A DNA stretch of 64,000 bases, from positions 29,006,213 to 29,070,212 of the forward strand of contig OZ234493.1 of the NCBI GenBank assembly GCA_965153455.1. Reading direction: 5' to 3'. Positions 1-11,343 of this stretch are shown here, piece by piece; position 1 is the stretch's first letter, and each line of letters begins with the position of its first letter. The notes under the pieces were generated by a model. The model was given only the letters and a program-made list of their open reading frames with translations. It was not told the DNA's origin and ran no database searches. Made by a program: the position numbers and the translations under genes. This DNA comes from Sphagnum compactum (Eukaryota).

Positions 1-499
1 TTCCATAATTTTTTTATAGAAAGACTAGGTTAAAAAAAAATTTAATAAATAAATTTTGATGGGAAAAAAATTGAAATGATGATAACCTACCATCCGCATT
101 CAAAAAACACTCATAATTCAAAAATTGTGATACTTGAAAATTTTAAAAATTCAAAATATAATTTTAGAATGTTTAAATTTCAAGAGTTATTTGTCAAATG
201 TAAATGGGTCACAATGTGTATGACATATGAACAAAGTTGTGGCTTATGACACAAAAAATTAAAGTTTAAAATAGTTAGCATATTTTAGCATGATTTGAAA
301 TTATGATCATTTTTCAAGAAAAAACATAGAATCTATACATTTTAAAACAATTCTTATTATTAAAAAAACACACACACAAACCATGTAATTCATTGGGGTA
401 ATTAAAAATATTTTAAAAAACATATTGCAATCCTTCAAAAAATCTTTTCTATGAAAAAATCGAAATGACTAGAAGGGCCCATTTGTGGTTAAATCCTTT

Positions 500-900
500 G
501 TCACCATTGGCTCATTTGATTGTGATTACTACTTAAAGGGCTATCGGCACATGTTGTTGATAATAAGAAATAAGCATCATGGGAATTAAAGAAGATTGCA
601 AATGATGGGCTATAATGACCTAAACACAAGAAATAAAAAAAGAATCGAAACACAAATGAAGACAACCATAAATCTTTATGGCAAGAGGAATGAAGTTGTT
701 TCCTAATGTGTGGTCTCAATATAATTGTGTCTTTTCCTGAATGGCCACAATTTCATTGCATGTGTTGTCATGGATGATGCACATTGTACCAAATATGAGT
801 GGAGCGAATTAGCTCTAACATTGTCCGTTAAGGTCCAAAAGCCATTTCTAGTGATCAAATTTTTTATTATTTTGACAATTTTTCAAATCCTATCACCATT
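500..900 (-). mobile_element. Fragment of the 3' (restriction-like endonuclease) region of a CRE/R2-type non-LTR retrotransposon
   Basis: The reverse complement of ~535-700 (aacttcattcctcttgcc...caatcttctttaattcccatgatgcttatttcttattatcaacaacatgtgccgatagccct) aligns by eye with 5920-6085 (+), the C-terminal part of the non-LTR relic. Confidence 0.6.
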
Positions 901-978
901 AATGCTAAATCATTTGTGAGATTATCATCAGTCATGTTAAATTTGTTTTGTAATGATGGCCACCCATGTTTCATTAAA

Positions 979-1010
<32 letters not shown>

Positions 1011-1959
1011 TTGGTTTTGATTATTGGTCTTGTTTTAGATGTGGTTCTTACTTTTTTTATGCTTATAGGCGGAGTTTGCAACATTAGGACTTTTCATTTA
1101 GCCAATGAAGTGTGTCGCTTAGTCTCCATAAAGTTTAGACCTATCCATATTACTTCCGCTAGGGTTTCTTACATTTGACAAGGGTTTTTGTATTTTAAGT
1201 GCACTCGTGGGTTCTATGCCATTTATGGAATCATAACTAGTAGAAAAATCTAGGTAAACTTCCTCTAATATGATTAGATGAAACCTTGGTACCCTAAACC
1301 TCATGTCATAGCATAAGTGGCAAATTGGAGGTATACACTCTTGTTGTGGTGCGAAAAGGTGAAGAGCTTTCGACTCTGGACCTTTTTAAAGAATTGGAAT
1401 TTTAAAGAATGAAATAGTTACTAGTCACATTTTCAAAATGTGTTTGAAGTAGTTGGTGTTTGTGGTAGGTGGTTTCAATTCTTCAAATTAGTGACTTTTG
1501 AAATGCAACAAAGTTTTTCCACTTCAACAAAAAGAGAATGAGAAAGAAAAAAAAAAAAAGATTAGGGTTTTCAGTAAGAAATAAAGAAAGAAAGAAAGAT
1601 TAGGGTTTTCAATGGAAGAGAGAGAGAGAGAGAGAGAGTTAGGGTTTCCAACAACTCCTGGTGAGTCCCAATGCAATCTTTGTAGAGGACGAGGAAGGTG
1701 AAAGTGTGTCCTATGGGAATAAAAAAAATTTAAAAAAAAAGTCTAAGGGGGGATCAGGGAGGAGTGATCAATGGCAAATGGATGAGAGGAAGAAGAAAAG
1801 AGGGTGGGTGGGAGGAAAGGGAAGAAAATAGGAGGGAAAGAAGGGGAGGGCAAAAGTCTAGTGTTTCAATGTTGTTGCACATACACTACTCCTATTGACT
1901 GGCACAACTTTCTCATGTTTAACTAACTCATTATGAAAGGGTATAATTCCTATTATTGC

Positions 1960-2125
1960 ACCTTTGATAATAATAGGGCAAGACAAGCATGGCCGAAGGT
2001 AGGGCAAACAATTTAGGGCAAGGCAAAACAAAGTGGGGCAAAGGTAAGGCAAAACAAACAAGGCAAGGTAGGGCAAGGTAAAGTAGGGCAGGGGCAAAAT
2101 AGAGCATGTAAGGCAAGCAAACATG
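1960..2125. repeat. Degenerate GGCAA/AGGGC pentamer low-complexity tract
   Basis: Repeated gggcaaggcaaaac/aaggtagggcaagg units. These produce the spurious Leu/Pro/Cys-rich ORFs 1858-2181 and 1931-2251. Confidence 0.7.
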
Positions 2126-3699
2126 GCCTTTGAACAACAACACTCGCACACAAATAGTGGCGAATTTGTAGTTGGGTTCATTTGCTACTCCCACCCATTC
2201 CTTGGGTTTTCGTGAGTTTGTTTCCATATGTCCCCTTCTAGTTTTTTTCATTTTGTTTGTAAGTACTTCTATTTTAGGGCAATAGTTTTAAGGTTTGAGG
2301 GGGATTAAGGGGGTTTCTAAGATTGGGATTTAAGGTCCTGATTTTAGACTATGTATGTTAAGCCAAGGATAGGCATGGTAAATCCTATGAATTTTTCGTC
2401 CCCAAAGTGTCATTCAACATCCCAACCCTCTCAACAAGCACCCAATGGAGAGCTAGTAGTCAGCTTTACTTATATGCCCAACTGTGTTCCAACTTCCATC
2501 CATCTGCCCATCATTCCCATCCCTCTTAGTTTACATCAACTAATCCCTTCATCCTCCCTTTGTCCATTGGCCTTCTTTTTGCCTCGTTCGCCACACCCAC
2601 TAAAAGTTTATTGAGTATTCATTATATAGTCTTCTCCTTCATTACCTCGCATTCCCTGTCCCTCTTGTGTTCGTCTTTTTAATGCAAGGGGGTTTAGCAC
2701 GACACTAGCTTTCATGCACCGTTCATAGGGTTTATATCATAATTTATTAATAACTTTTAATTTAAACATATGAGTCCATAAAATTTATCCACAAGAAATA
2801 TTTATAAATGAATTATAATATCTAAATTTATATGTAATAAATGTTTGTATATTAGTCATATTAAGTTGATTTATACATTTAATTTACATAATTTAATTAT
2901 ACTTTAAAATGCATAATATATAAAATATATTCAAAAAATGTATAATGAACTTTTTTATATTACTTATATGTATAATATTAGTTGAAACTAGTTCCTTGCA
3001 TGTCATAATTCTTTATGTGTGAACTTATATTGATAGTCATTTTTGAATCATTGTAAAGTAATTTTATAATCACATTATGTATGTAATGACACATCATTTT
3101 GTCCATGTCATTTTGTCACCAGTTGTGGATGCCATATAGATGAAAACTTGTAATGAAAAATGACATCATCTTTGTTGTTACCACGTCATTGTCTACTAGT
3201 CAAATGCACCATTGATATATGACTACAACTTTTTACACGTAGGATTTGAAATAATATCCTATTACTATAGATAATTATTAGTCGTTTAGGACATTTAGTC
3301 ATTGATTTCTTGGTTACAAAGGACAAGATTTCTGCTAGTTTAGTGTTGCCCTTGACTTTACCATGTTCTCTTCCCTCTTTAACATGGACATGGATTACAT
3401 CCATAAACATCGTTGATGTTTTCCATTTGTGTTTACCTTGTCCTTGTTCATACCATCATATTCCATATGTTCCTTGAGTTATTGTTTAGTGAACTTTGCA
3501 TATTCATTTATTTTGATTAACATTCAATCCTTATAATATTGTAGCTTGACATGTTTTTTTGTTATTCCCCTTTTGGTGTTTGTTTTTTCTTCCATGGGGT
3601 GGTGAGAAAGGCCATTAAGACTTGTGCTCATTTTTGCTTGTGTCGATACATGGGTGGCAATTAGGAAACATTATAGGAAAAACACACGATTAGAACACT

Positions 3700-6220
3700 T
3701 GCTTTAACTTTTCATAAATGTTTGGAGTTGATTCCAAATCCTACCCCACCTTCATTAGCACGATCAATTATGTCGTGCACATGCCTTTGCTCATGTAAGG
3801 GAATATGTTCAAGCAGTACATGCACTAGGTTTCAAGCACACTTACAACCCCATTTGATGAAATTACGAAAGTCTTTTGTTTTTTCGATCCACTTGTTGAA
3901 GTTTATGTCCCCCCTTTTGTTGATGATTTCATTTTGAGACAAAAATTATTTTAGATCGAGATCCATTTATCTCTATTTTGGTTCATTCCTCACGTTTTTC
4001 TTCCGGTGGCCCTTTGGGTATGGTATATGAGCTTTTATGAATTTTTTTTTGTTCCAAATGATTTTGCAAATGGCTTCGACCTTTTTTTCAAGGTATGTGG
4101 GCACATTGTTCAAGGTCATGTTGCACCTTTAGTATCACGTTTGTTTTTTGTATTTCAATTCCTAGCATTGGAGAAGCAATCTGGAGGCATATGTCCCATT
4201 ATAATTGGTGAGGTGACTTATCATTTAGTTGCCTACACATTGGTTATTCAGTTTACAGATATTGTCATGGAACATTTTAATCCTCATCAGTTTAGTGTAG
4301 CAATTCATGGTGGTGTGAGACAATGGTTCATGACATTCGAACAATGTTAGATTTGCACCTATATTGGGTGGTGCTACTAGTGGATGTTTGTAACACTTTC
4401 AATTTGGTGTCATGGTTAGCCATTTTTAATGAATTACGATTTTTGCCCAGTTCTTTAGATTAGTTTTTCTCATTTATTCGATGATTTTATGCACGCCCAT
4501 CCCCATAATTTTTTAAAAAGCTTTTGAACATGGGGATTTCATAATCATTTTGTTGGAGTTAGGTACATGATAGGAAGACCCATTGAGAGGAGTGTTGTTT
4601 GCTCTGGCTCACCTTTGTGCTCTTCACTCTCTAATAATAACCCACTTTACTTGGGTTTTCCTTTTGTTAGTAGATGATACACATATAATAGGTCCTGCAT
4701 CAGATGTGATTCTTGTTTTTTTATGATTGCATCATGAGTTTTCAACATTAGGGCTTTTAATGTAGCTAGTGTAGTGTGTAGTTTGGTTTCCATAGGGGTT
4801 GGAACATTATATATCACTTCCTCTTAACTTACTATCGATTCAGGTTTTCATATTTTGGGTGCACCAATGGGATTCAAATCATTTGTTAAGTCGTTTATGG
4901 TTGAGGCTTTTCATAAGGATCTTGGGACGATATTTAGTCTCCTTTTGCTTGTAAATTTTCAGGCAACTTTTACAATGTTTTGGTTGTGTTATTCCCAACA
5001 ACTTAGTTATTTGTTTGGTACAATGTTTCCATCTCTAAGTATTTTGCAGCATTATGCTGAGTTCGATACTCCTACCATAGTTATGTTGGAGAAATTACTT
5101 GGTGTAGGATCTTTTGGTGGTTCTATTAGTCACCTAGCTCATTGTTAGGCCATTCTTCCTTCTTCTTCGGGCACGATCGACCTCCATTCTATAGTTCAAA
5201 CTACTATCCCCACATTCTTGGGATGTTGGCATTGATCGCTTTTGCACTTGTCATTTGTTTCCAAGAAGATGATCACCCTATTCTGCTGGATATAGTAGCA
5301 CATGTTGAGACTAACATTTCTTTATTCCAAATGGCACTACAAAATACCTGAACCTTGTTACCTTAGGTTGTCCACTCTTAGGTCCCACCCTTTCAGAGCC
5401 TAATGGTTCAATTTTATCCCTAGTTGTTGGTTTTTTTGATGAATCGGTTAAATGAATAAGAGTTTGCTTCACTTAGACGCTCCATAAAATATTATGTAAA
5501 CACGTTTTCGCTCATGTGCGGGTCTAGGGGTGGGCATTTAATTATTAGTTTGTCCTACCACACCTGCATTTCCTTTATCTGATCATACCATTGATGATCT
5601 AGGTACTCATTTGCTTTGGTGCCCTTGAGAGAGTGCACGTATAACAACCCATGATACACCTCAAGATATTATTGTAACTATTGCTTTGGAGAGTGGAACA
5701 CATGTTCAGAAGGAGGTTTCCCACCTTTTCTCTCACCACACCCAATGACGAGTGGATATCCTAATCACTAGAGACAACTTTCAGAACTTGTTGGACATTG
5801 TCCTTACTAACCTGATTCACATAGATATGGTGTAGTGAACATTGACGATGACAACACATGCAATGATGATGGTTGCTCAAAAGAAGACACAATCATATGT
5901 TGAACGAACACCAAGCAATGACTTCATTCCCTTTTGTTATTGAAACGTATAAGTGTTTTCATTTTCATTTTGATTCATTTTTTACTGCTTATGCACATAC
6001 CATTATTGTGTGTCATCAACAATCTTCTTTAATCCCCTTGATGCTTATTTCTTACCATTGACAATGCGTGTTGATAGCCCTATAACGTGTGCAAACCATA
6101 GCAATTCTTCAATGGGCTACTGCACGTGGTTGGGGTTCTTCATTTTTTCCACACATCATAGTTAATGCACCTCTGTCATTAGTCAATTTGTGACAGATGA
6201 CAATTCTTTCGTCTTAAGTC
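3700..6220 (+). mobile_element. Degenerate non-LTR retrotransposon (RT + CCHC + restriction-like endonuclease; CRE/R2-like clade), many stops and frameshifts
   Basis: RT motifs in broken frames: GICPIIIGEV..HFNPHQFSVAIHGG (4180-4320), VDVCNTFN (~4380), GT**EDPLRGVLFA (4562; GxxQGDPL), VDDTHI (4670). The C-terminus has DDLGTHLLWCP...THD (5593-5655) and RVDILI..LLDI (RLE-like, 5748-5800). Confidence 0.75.
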
Positions 6221-8624
6221 TTCTTTGTTATCATTGATTGTCATTTCATCGCCATAAGTCTTCTTTGCATAAGGTCTTTACCTTATTTTCGTTGATTCTT
6301 TGTTCTTGTTTTTTCTTTAGTTTGTGTCTACTTGTGTTCTCATTTGCCTTATACTTTTGATTGATGGGTTCCCATCTTTGATTTTTATTTACAAGGTTTT
6401 TCTTTGAAAAACTTGCTCTATGTTTGGATGCAACCTTGGTCAATCTAAACCTCATGTCACAACATAGGTGATGAATTGGAGTTGTACAATCATGTTGTGG
6501 TGGGCAAAATTTCACTCGAGCACCGCACCCAATTGTGGAAGGGTGAAAATTTGCACTAGTTCACCAAAGAAAAAGACATTAATCAAGACTAACAAACTTA
6601 CCATTTCAAAGACCCGACAAAAAAAACCAATGGCCGGAACCATCACACGGAAGACAAAAGGGAAGGCCAAGAAAAGACCAAAAGATGTGCAGCCCACAAG
6701 AACCAAAGAAGGGAAAGAGCTAGTCCCTCTCGTGATAACAAGCTATCTCACCCACAACCCCTCTAATATCGCTTGCATGCAAATTGTGAGTTCTAATAGT
6801 AATAGGAGGTCTAAAACAAGCATCTCCCGCCAACTTAATCTTCCTCTCTATAGCAAAGGCTCTAATCTACCATTTCAAAGTAATATTCAATGAAAAAATA
6901 TGAGACTAATCATGATATGTCATCTAGTTACCTATATTTGTCACCAAATGCCTTGAATTCATATGGTTTTTTTTTTCATATTTGGAAGCACAACAGCAGA
7001 CCCAACTGGACAAGCTGTTGGCAGCTCCAAAGTCAAGCTCATTTGCAGTGGACCTTCAGTAGTTTCACCTGCTCACAACAGGGTTTAAAACCTAGAACCT
7101 TTTTTTTTGGAGGTTCCAAGGTCCCAGAATGGCCTATACCAGTGAGCCATCGCCCCTGATGTTTGACTCACTCAAATAGATTTCCAGCCTAAATAATGTT
7201 CTTAAAATATCTATACCCCTTATTCTGCAAATGCACCCACCCTGGAGCTTAACTAGGCATGTACATAAATACACTTGAGATTGAGAAATTATGACCATTA
7301 AGAATTAGGCCCCGACTTTACAGGCCACTTTAAAGACTAGTAGGATCCCAGCCCTCTTACAAAACAACAAGAGAAAACCCTCCCCCAAAATCCGATAGAT
7401 TATGAGGGCTTACTCTTGATGTTTAGAATATACGCACAAATCAATCCTCATGTAAAGGGTTGCCCATTTGTTTTTACTAAAATGAAGCCATTCTTCAGAG
7501 TTAAAAGTTTTTAGTGGAGGTGGGCAAAGGTTTGGACCTAGGAAAATGTTAAGTGTAGTAGGGTAAAGCCCTAGGGTGGGGGCATTTTCAAAATAAGGGG
7601 CCTAAGACAAGGTGATAGCCGAGTCCAGCCTTGCATTTTGGGAATGTCCCCCACCCATGGGCTTTACCTATCATAAAGCATGAAGCAAAATTTGTCATGA
7701 ACCAAGATCATGAGGTGAATGAATGGGAGGGTTCTTATGCCTACCCTCAATACTGGAAATGTTCTTACACTTATAAGTAGCCATAATTTCCCTCCCACCC
7801 TTGAGGCATAGGCATAATATTCCTCCCATTTTTTGCATATAAGGTGCCCTCCATGTATGCTACAAATTTTCTCCAAGTGTTTTACGCATCTATAAGCTTC
7901 ACACATTTTGTGATGAAGATCAGGAAACAGCATAATTTCATATTCCACAATCTCTTTCTCTTTAAGGAGCTGGGGTTTGGTGTCAGGTCCTGGGTGAACC
8001 AGCACCGACAACACTAGTACCATGGTAAGAAGAAAAATCCCAAGCTGTTTTTAGTTTGCTTCTAAAGATTAAAAATATCTCCCTTTCTTGGGTGCTTTCT
8101 TTTTATGAAGTTTGGCAGGGTTTTCATCAAAACACCCCAATATGAAGAATAAATAAAGGTCATAAATAGGGGCCTTGCAGGATTTGACTATGAGAGGGTT
8201 AATTAAATTGTAAATAAAACAAATGACCTTATCTGGTGCTTGGAAATTGGCTACTGGTAGAATCTTCTCTTTCTTTGGAGAGGTCATGGGTCCGAAACTG
8301 CCTTGGGACAGCAAAACAAGCAGGTCTCGCTAAACACATCCAATGTTTTTTTCCTTTTTTTCTTGTCACAACATGCAAAGGCCTGTGGTCGGAACATGTA
8401 GAACCATGCTGTATTATACAAAGTGAAAAAAGACCACAAATAGACACCCCAAAATGAGCACCAGATAGAGCTCAATGGGGGAGTGTTTAGTGTCTTTAGT
8501 GTCTCCCAAGAAGGTGAAGGTGTGTCTGTAGGTGCTGGTTCACCCTGGCTTGGTGTCTTTGCTCAGGTACTTTTTTAGGTTTTCACCTGTGTTGGGAGCA
8601 GCCTTTTTTTTTCTTTTTTTTTAC

Positions 8625-8905
8625 TGGTGATATCGCCAAAATGAAAAATGAAAAAAAATGAAAAATGGTTTTTGAGGTTTTCAATCACCAGAAGTGAGAT
8701 GAAGGGTAAAAATCACCAGATACATATGATTGGTTTTCATTGTGTAGCCAGAAATATAGAAGGTCGATTAAAGATTTGTGCTTTATTTCTGGTTTATAGC
8801 CAGATTTGGCTAAATCTTCTTAGGGATGATACCAATTTCTTCTGCATCTTCTTATGGATGGTCACCACTTTGGCTACAAACAAAAATTCCTAAGAAAGAC
8901 ACTGG
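8625..8905. repeat. Dispersed short interspersed repeat (MITE/SINE-like); related inverted copies near 21632-21800 and 58285-58400
   Basis: Core tatagccagatttggctaaatcttcttagggatgat...ggatggtcaccactttggctaca...aaacactg. Its reverse complement resembles cagagtgtttt...gtgatcatccacaaggaggttttagtcatgtttggctata at 21632 and the segment at 58285. Confidence 0.55.
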
Positions 8906-10450
8906 TTGGGAGGTTCATTGGTTGTGCACTCACCTCCAACTTTGGGTTTGTGAAAATTTTCGGAACAAACAAACCTTTGGTTTGTTTGTTGGCTTTTGAA
9001 ATATTTCAAACAACTGGTGGGTTAGGTGAAAGAACCAATAAGGAACCGACAATTGGTTAGGTCTTTGACTGGTTCTTTGATTTTCTTGAGAACCAGGAGC
9101 CAAGGGTCATATGGGTGTTGTTGCAAGTATATCTCGTGACCTAGATATACTCCTTATGTATGGGTAAGGTATATTATTTATTCTAAATTATTTTCTTAAA
9201 ATTAGTATACCTTAATGTAGGGCAAACTCATGAGTAAGTCAATTTGAAAATGTATACCCTATTCATAACCTTGGATATATGTAAGAAATATTTGTACCCA
9301 AAATTGAAATTGTTTTGCTATCCAGGTTTTTTAACAAAAGGATAAATATGATTTATACCCTTAATTTTATTAATTGGATGGGGGTGAATAACAAGTTCGC
9401 TTTCTCTTTTTTTCAATAAATGATTGTGATCAGTCCATCATAATATTTTTTTTACAAAAACTAAAACTTTTGAAGCTTGCCAAAATAGAAGTTTTTATGT
9501 AAAGATAATGTGCCTCCCATTATAGGTGGGAAGGGGAGAACTTTGGGTAAACCACATGAGATAAAATTGAAAACAACTAACATATGGTAAAGTGCACATG
9601 GTTAATCAAGGATGAATCAAATATTTTGATTCTTGCATTCTAACATTGGATTTGGCTTTCAAAAATTGTCTTGAATAATTTCAAAATGTTAAAACAAATT
9701 ATTATTTTTAATTAATTAAATAAATATACATACCCATTTCTTACCCAAAAAAAGGTATATGATGAGGGGCACCCAAACCCTTACCCATCTACCAAAAAAC
9801 CTCATTTTTGTACATGTTTTCTAGGATTCACATTGCCAAACTTTTGTTGCAAGTGACAAATCCCCCCCTTCCCCCTGTCCCCAGAAAAAGCAAACAAACA
9901 ATGCTTATGATGTGAATCAATAGTGGGAACAGAAATTTCATTTTCCACTCTACTACGGGTGGGCTCAACACCACCTCATTTAATAATACAACAACCCAAT
10001 GATGGCGATGATGACAACAACAACAACACAAAAAAAAAAAAACTTTGTTCACAATTTGTTTGGTTAGTATGTTAACAGTTCCCATAGATTTTGGGAACCA
10101 AATTTTACATTAGATATATATACAAGTGGTGGAATACCTACCTACCTACCTACCTGAAACGATACTAAAGAGGAGGAGGAGGAGGAAGAGGAAGCACTTT
10201 AAAAACAACTAAGGAATATACAATATACGCATACACACGTAGACATAAATACGTATACTGTTGTGGCGGCCATGCTAAACATGTGCGTATTCTTTTGTTT
10301 TCCCCGCCTTTGCTTTCTCAGCAAATGCCTGTCTTCTTTCGCGCCCTGTCTTGTCGTCGAAGTCGCTGGCGATCGCTTGCTCGATCGCTTGCTCGCTCGC
10401 GCTCGCACTCTCTCGCAGACACACGGACTGACACCACGCACACTTTTCAA

Positions 10451-10494
10451 GCACATGTGAGAAGTCAGGTTTAGATATTTTCACGCACATGTGA
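10451..10494 (+). promoter_or_regulatory. Two palindromic CACATGTG (G-box-like, bHLH/MYC-type) motifs upstream of the JAZ gene
   Basis: gcacatgtga occurs at 10451 and 10485, with another cacatg at ~10967. JAZ genes are established MYC targets. Function here is inferred. Confidence 0.4.
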
Positions 10495-10596
10495 AGAAAG
10501 AAAGAAAGAAAGAAGGAAGGCAAGCAAGCAAGGAAGCAAGAAAGAGACACAGATTAATGAAAGAAATCAAGGAAGAAAGCGATTGATTGATTGGTT

Positions 10597-10599
<3 letters not shown>

Positions 10600-10645
<46 letters not shown>
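10600..10645. repeat. (AG)n microsatellite in the JAZ 5' region
   Basis: About 22 uninterrupted AG units. Confidence 0.95.
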
Positions 10646-10648
<3 letters not shown>

Positions 10649-11343
10649 TACAAAGAAAGAAAGAAAAAGCTACCTGCTTTGTTGGCAAAATTAGCAACTT
10701 AGAGCAATTCCAACGGTGTTCAATATGTGACCCAGCACCAGCAGCAACGCAAGGAAGAAAGAAAAGAAACAAGTTCAGATAGCCTAGATCATCGATCTAC
10801 AATAGATGATTGATTCAACAGCTGATGAAGATATAGGTAGGTAGGCAGCCAAGAGTGAGTGAAGAGTGTTGTGAGTGTGTGTGTGTGTGTGTTTTTTTAA
10901 AAACAAATTAACTTGGGTCTTTGCAAGTTCTTCTCTTGAGGATTTTGGAATCGAGTCGTTTAAACGCACATGTTGGTATTCTTTCTTTCTTTCTTGTTTC
11001 GAGTCCAAATCAGTTTGCACATTTTAAAATTTAAAAAAAAAAAGAAAGATTGTTCAAGTTTAGATGAAGATTTAGATCTATCTATTTTAGAGATATATTT
11101 GCAATATGTTTTAATCATGGAGGTTGGGTTTTGACATATAATCATAATATGTCTTAGTCACGATTTTGATATATAGTTGCATTTTAATCATGATTTTGAT
11201 ATATAGTAACGTCTTGGTCATGGATGCTGAGTTTTGGCATAGTGTGTGATTTATAGCTGGAGTAGTGTTGCTACTACTCCTCCTGTTGTTGGAGCAAGAA
11301 GTATCTTCTGGTTGCTCCTGGTTTGGGGGAAGGCGGGGTCTCC

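Noticed and set aside
6246-10780. Numerous 60-140 aa ORFs, e.g. the Lys-rich 6468-6893
   Set aside because: No domain motifs or consistent splice structure. They derive from low-complexity or repeat sequence.
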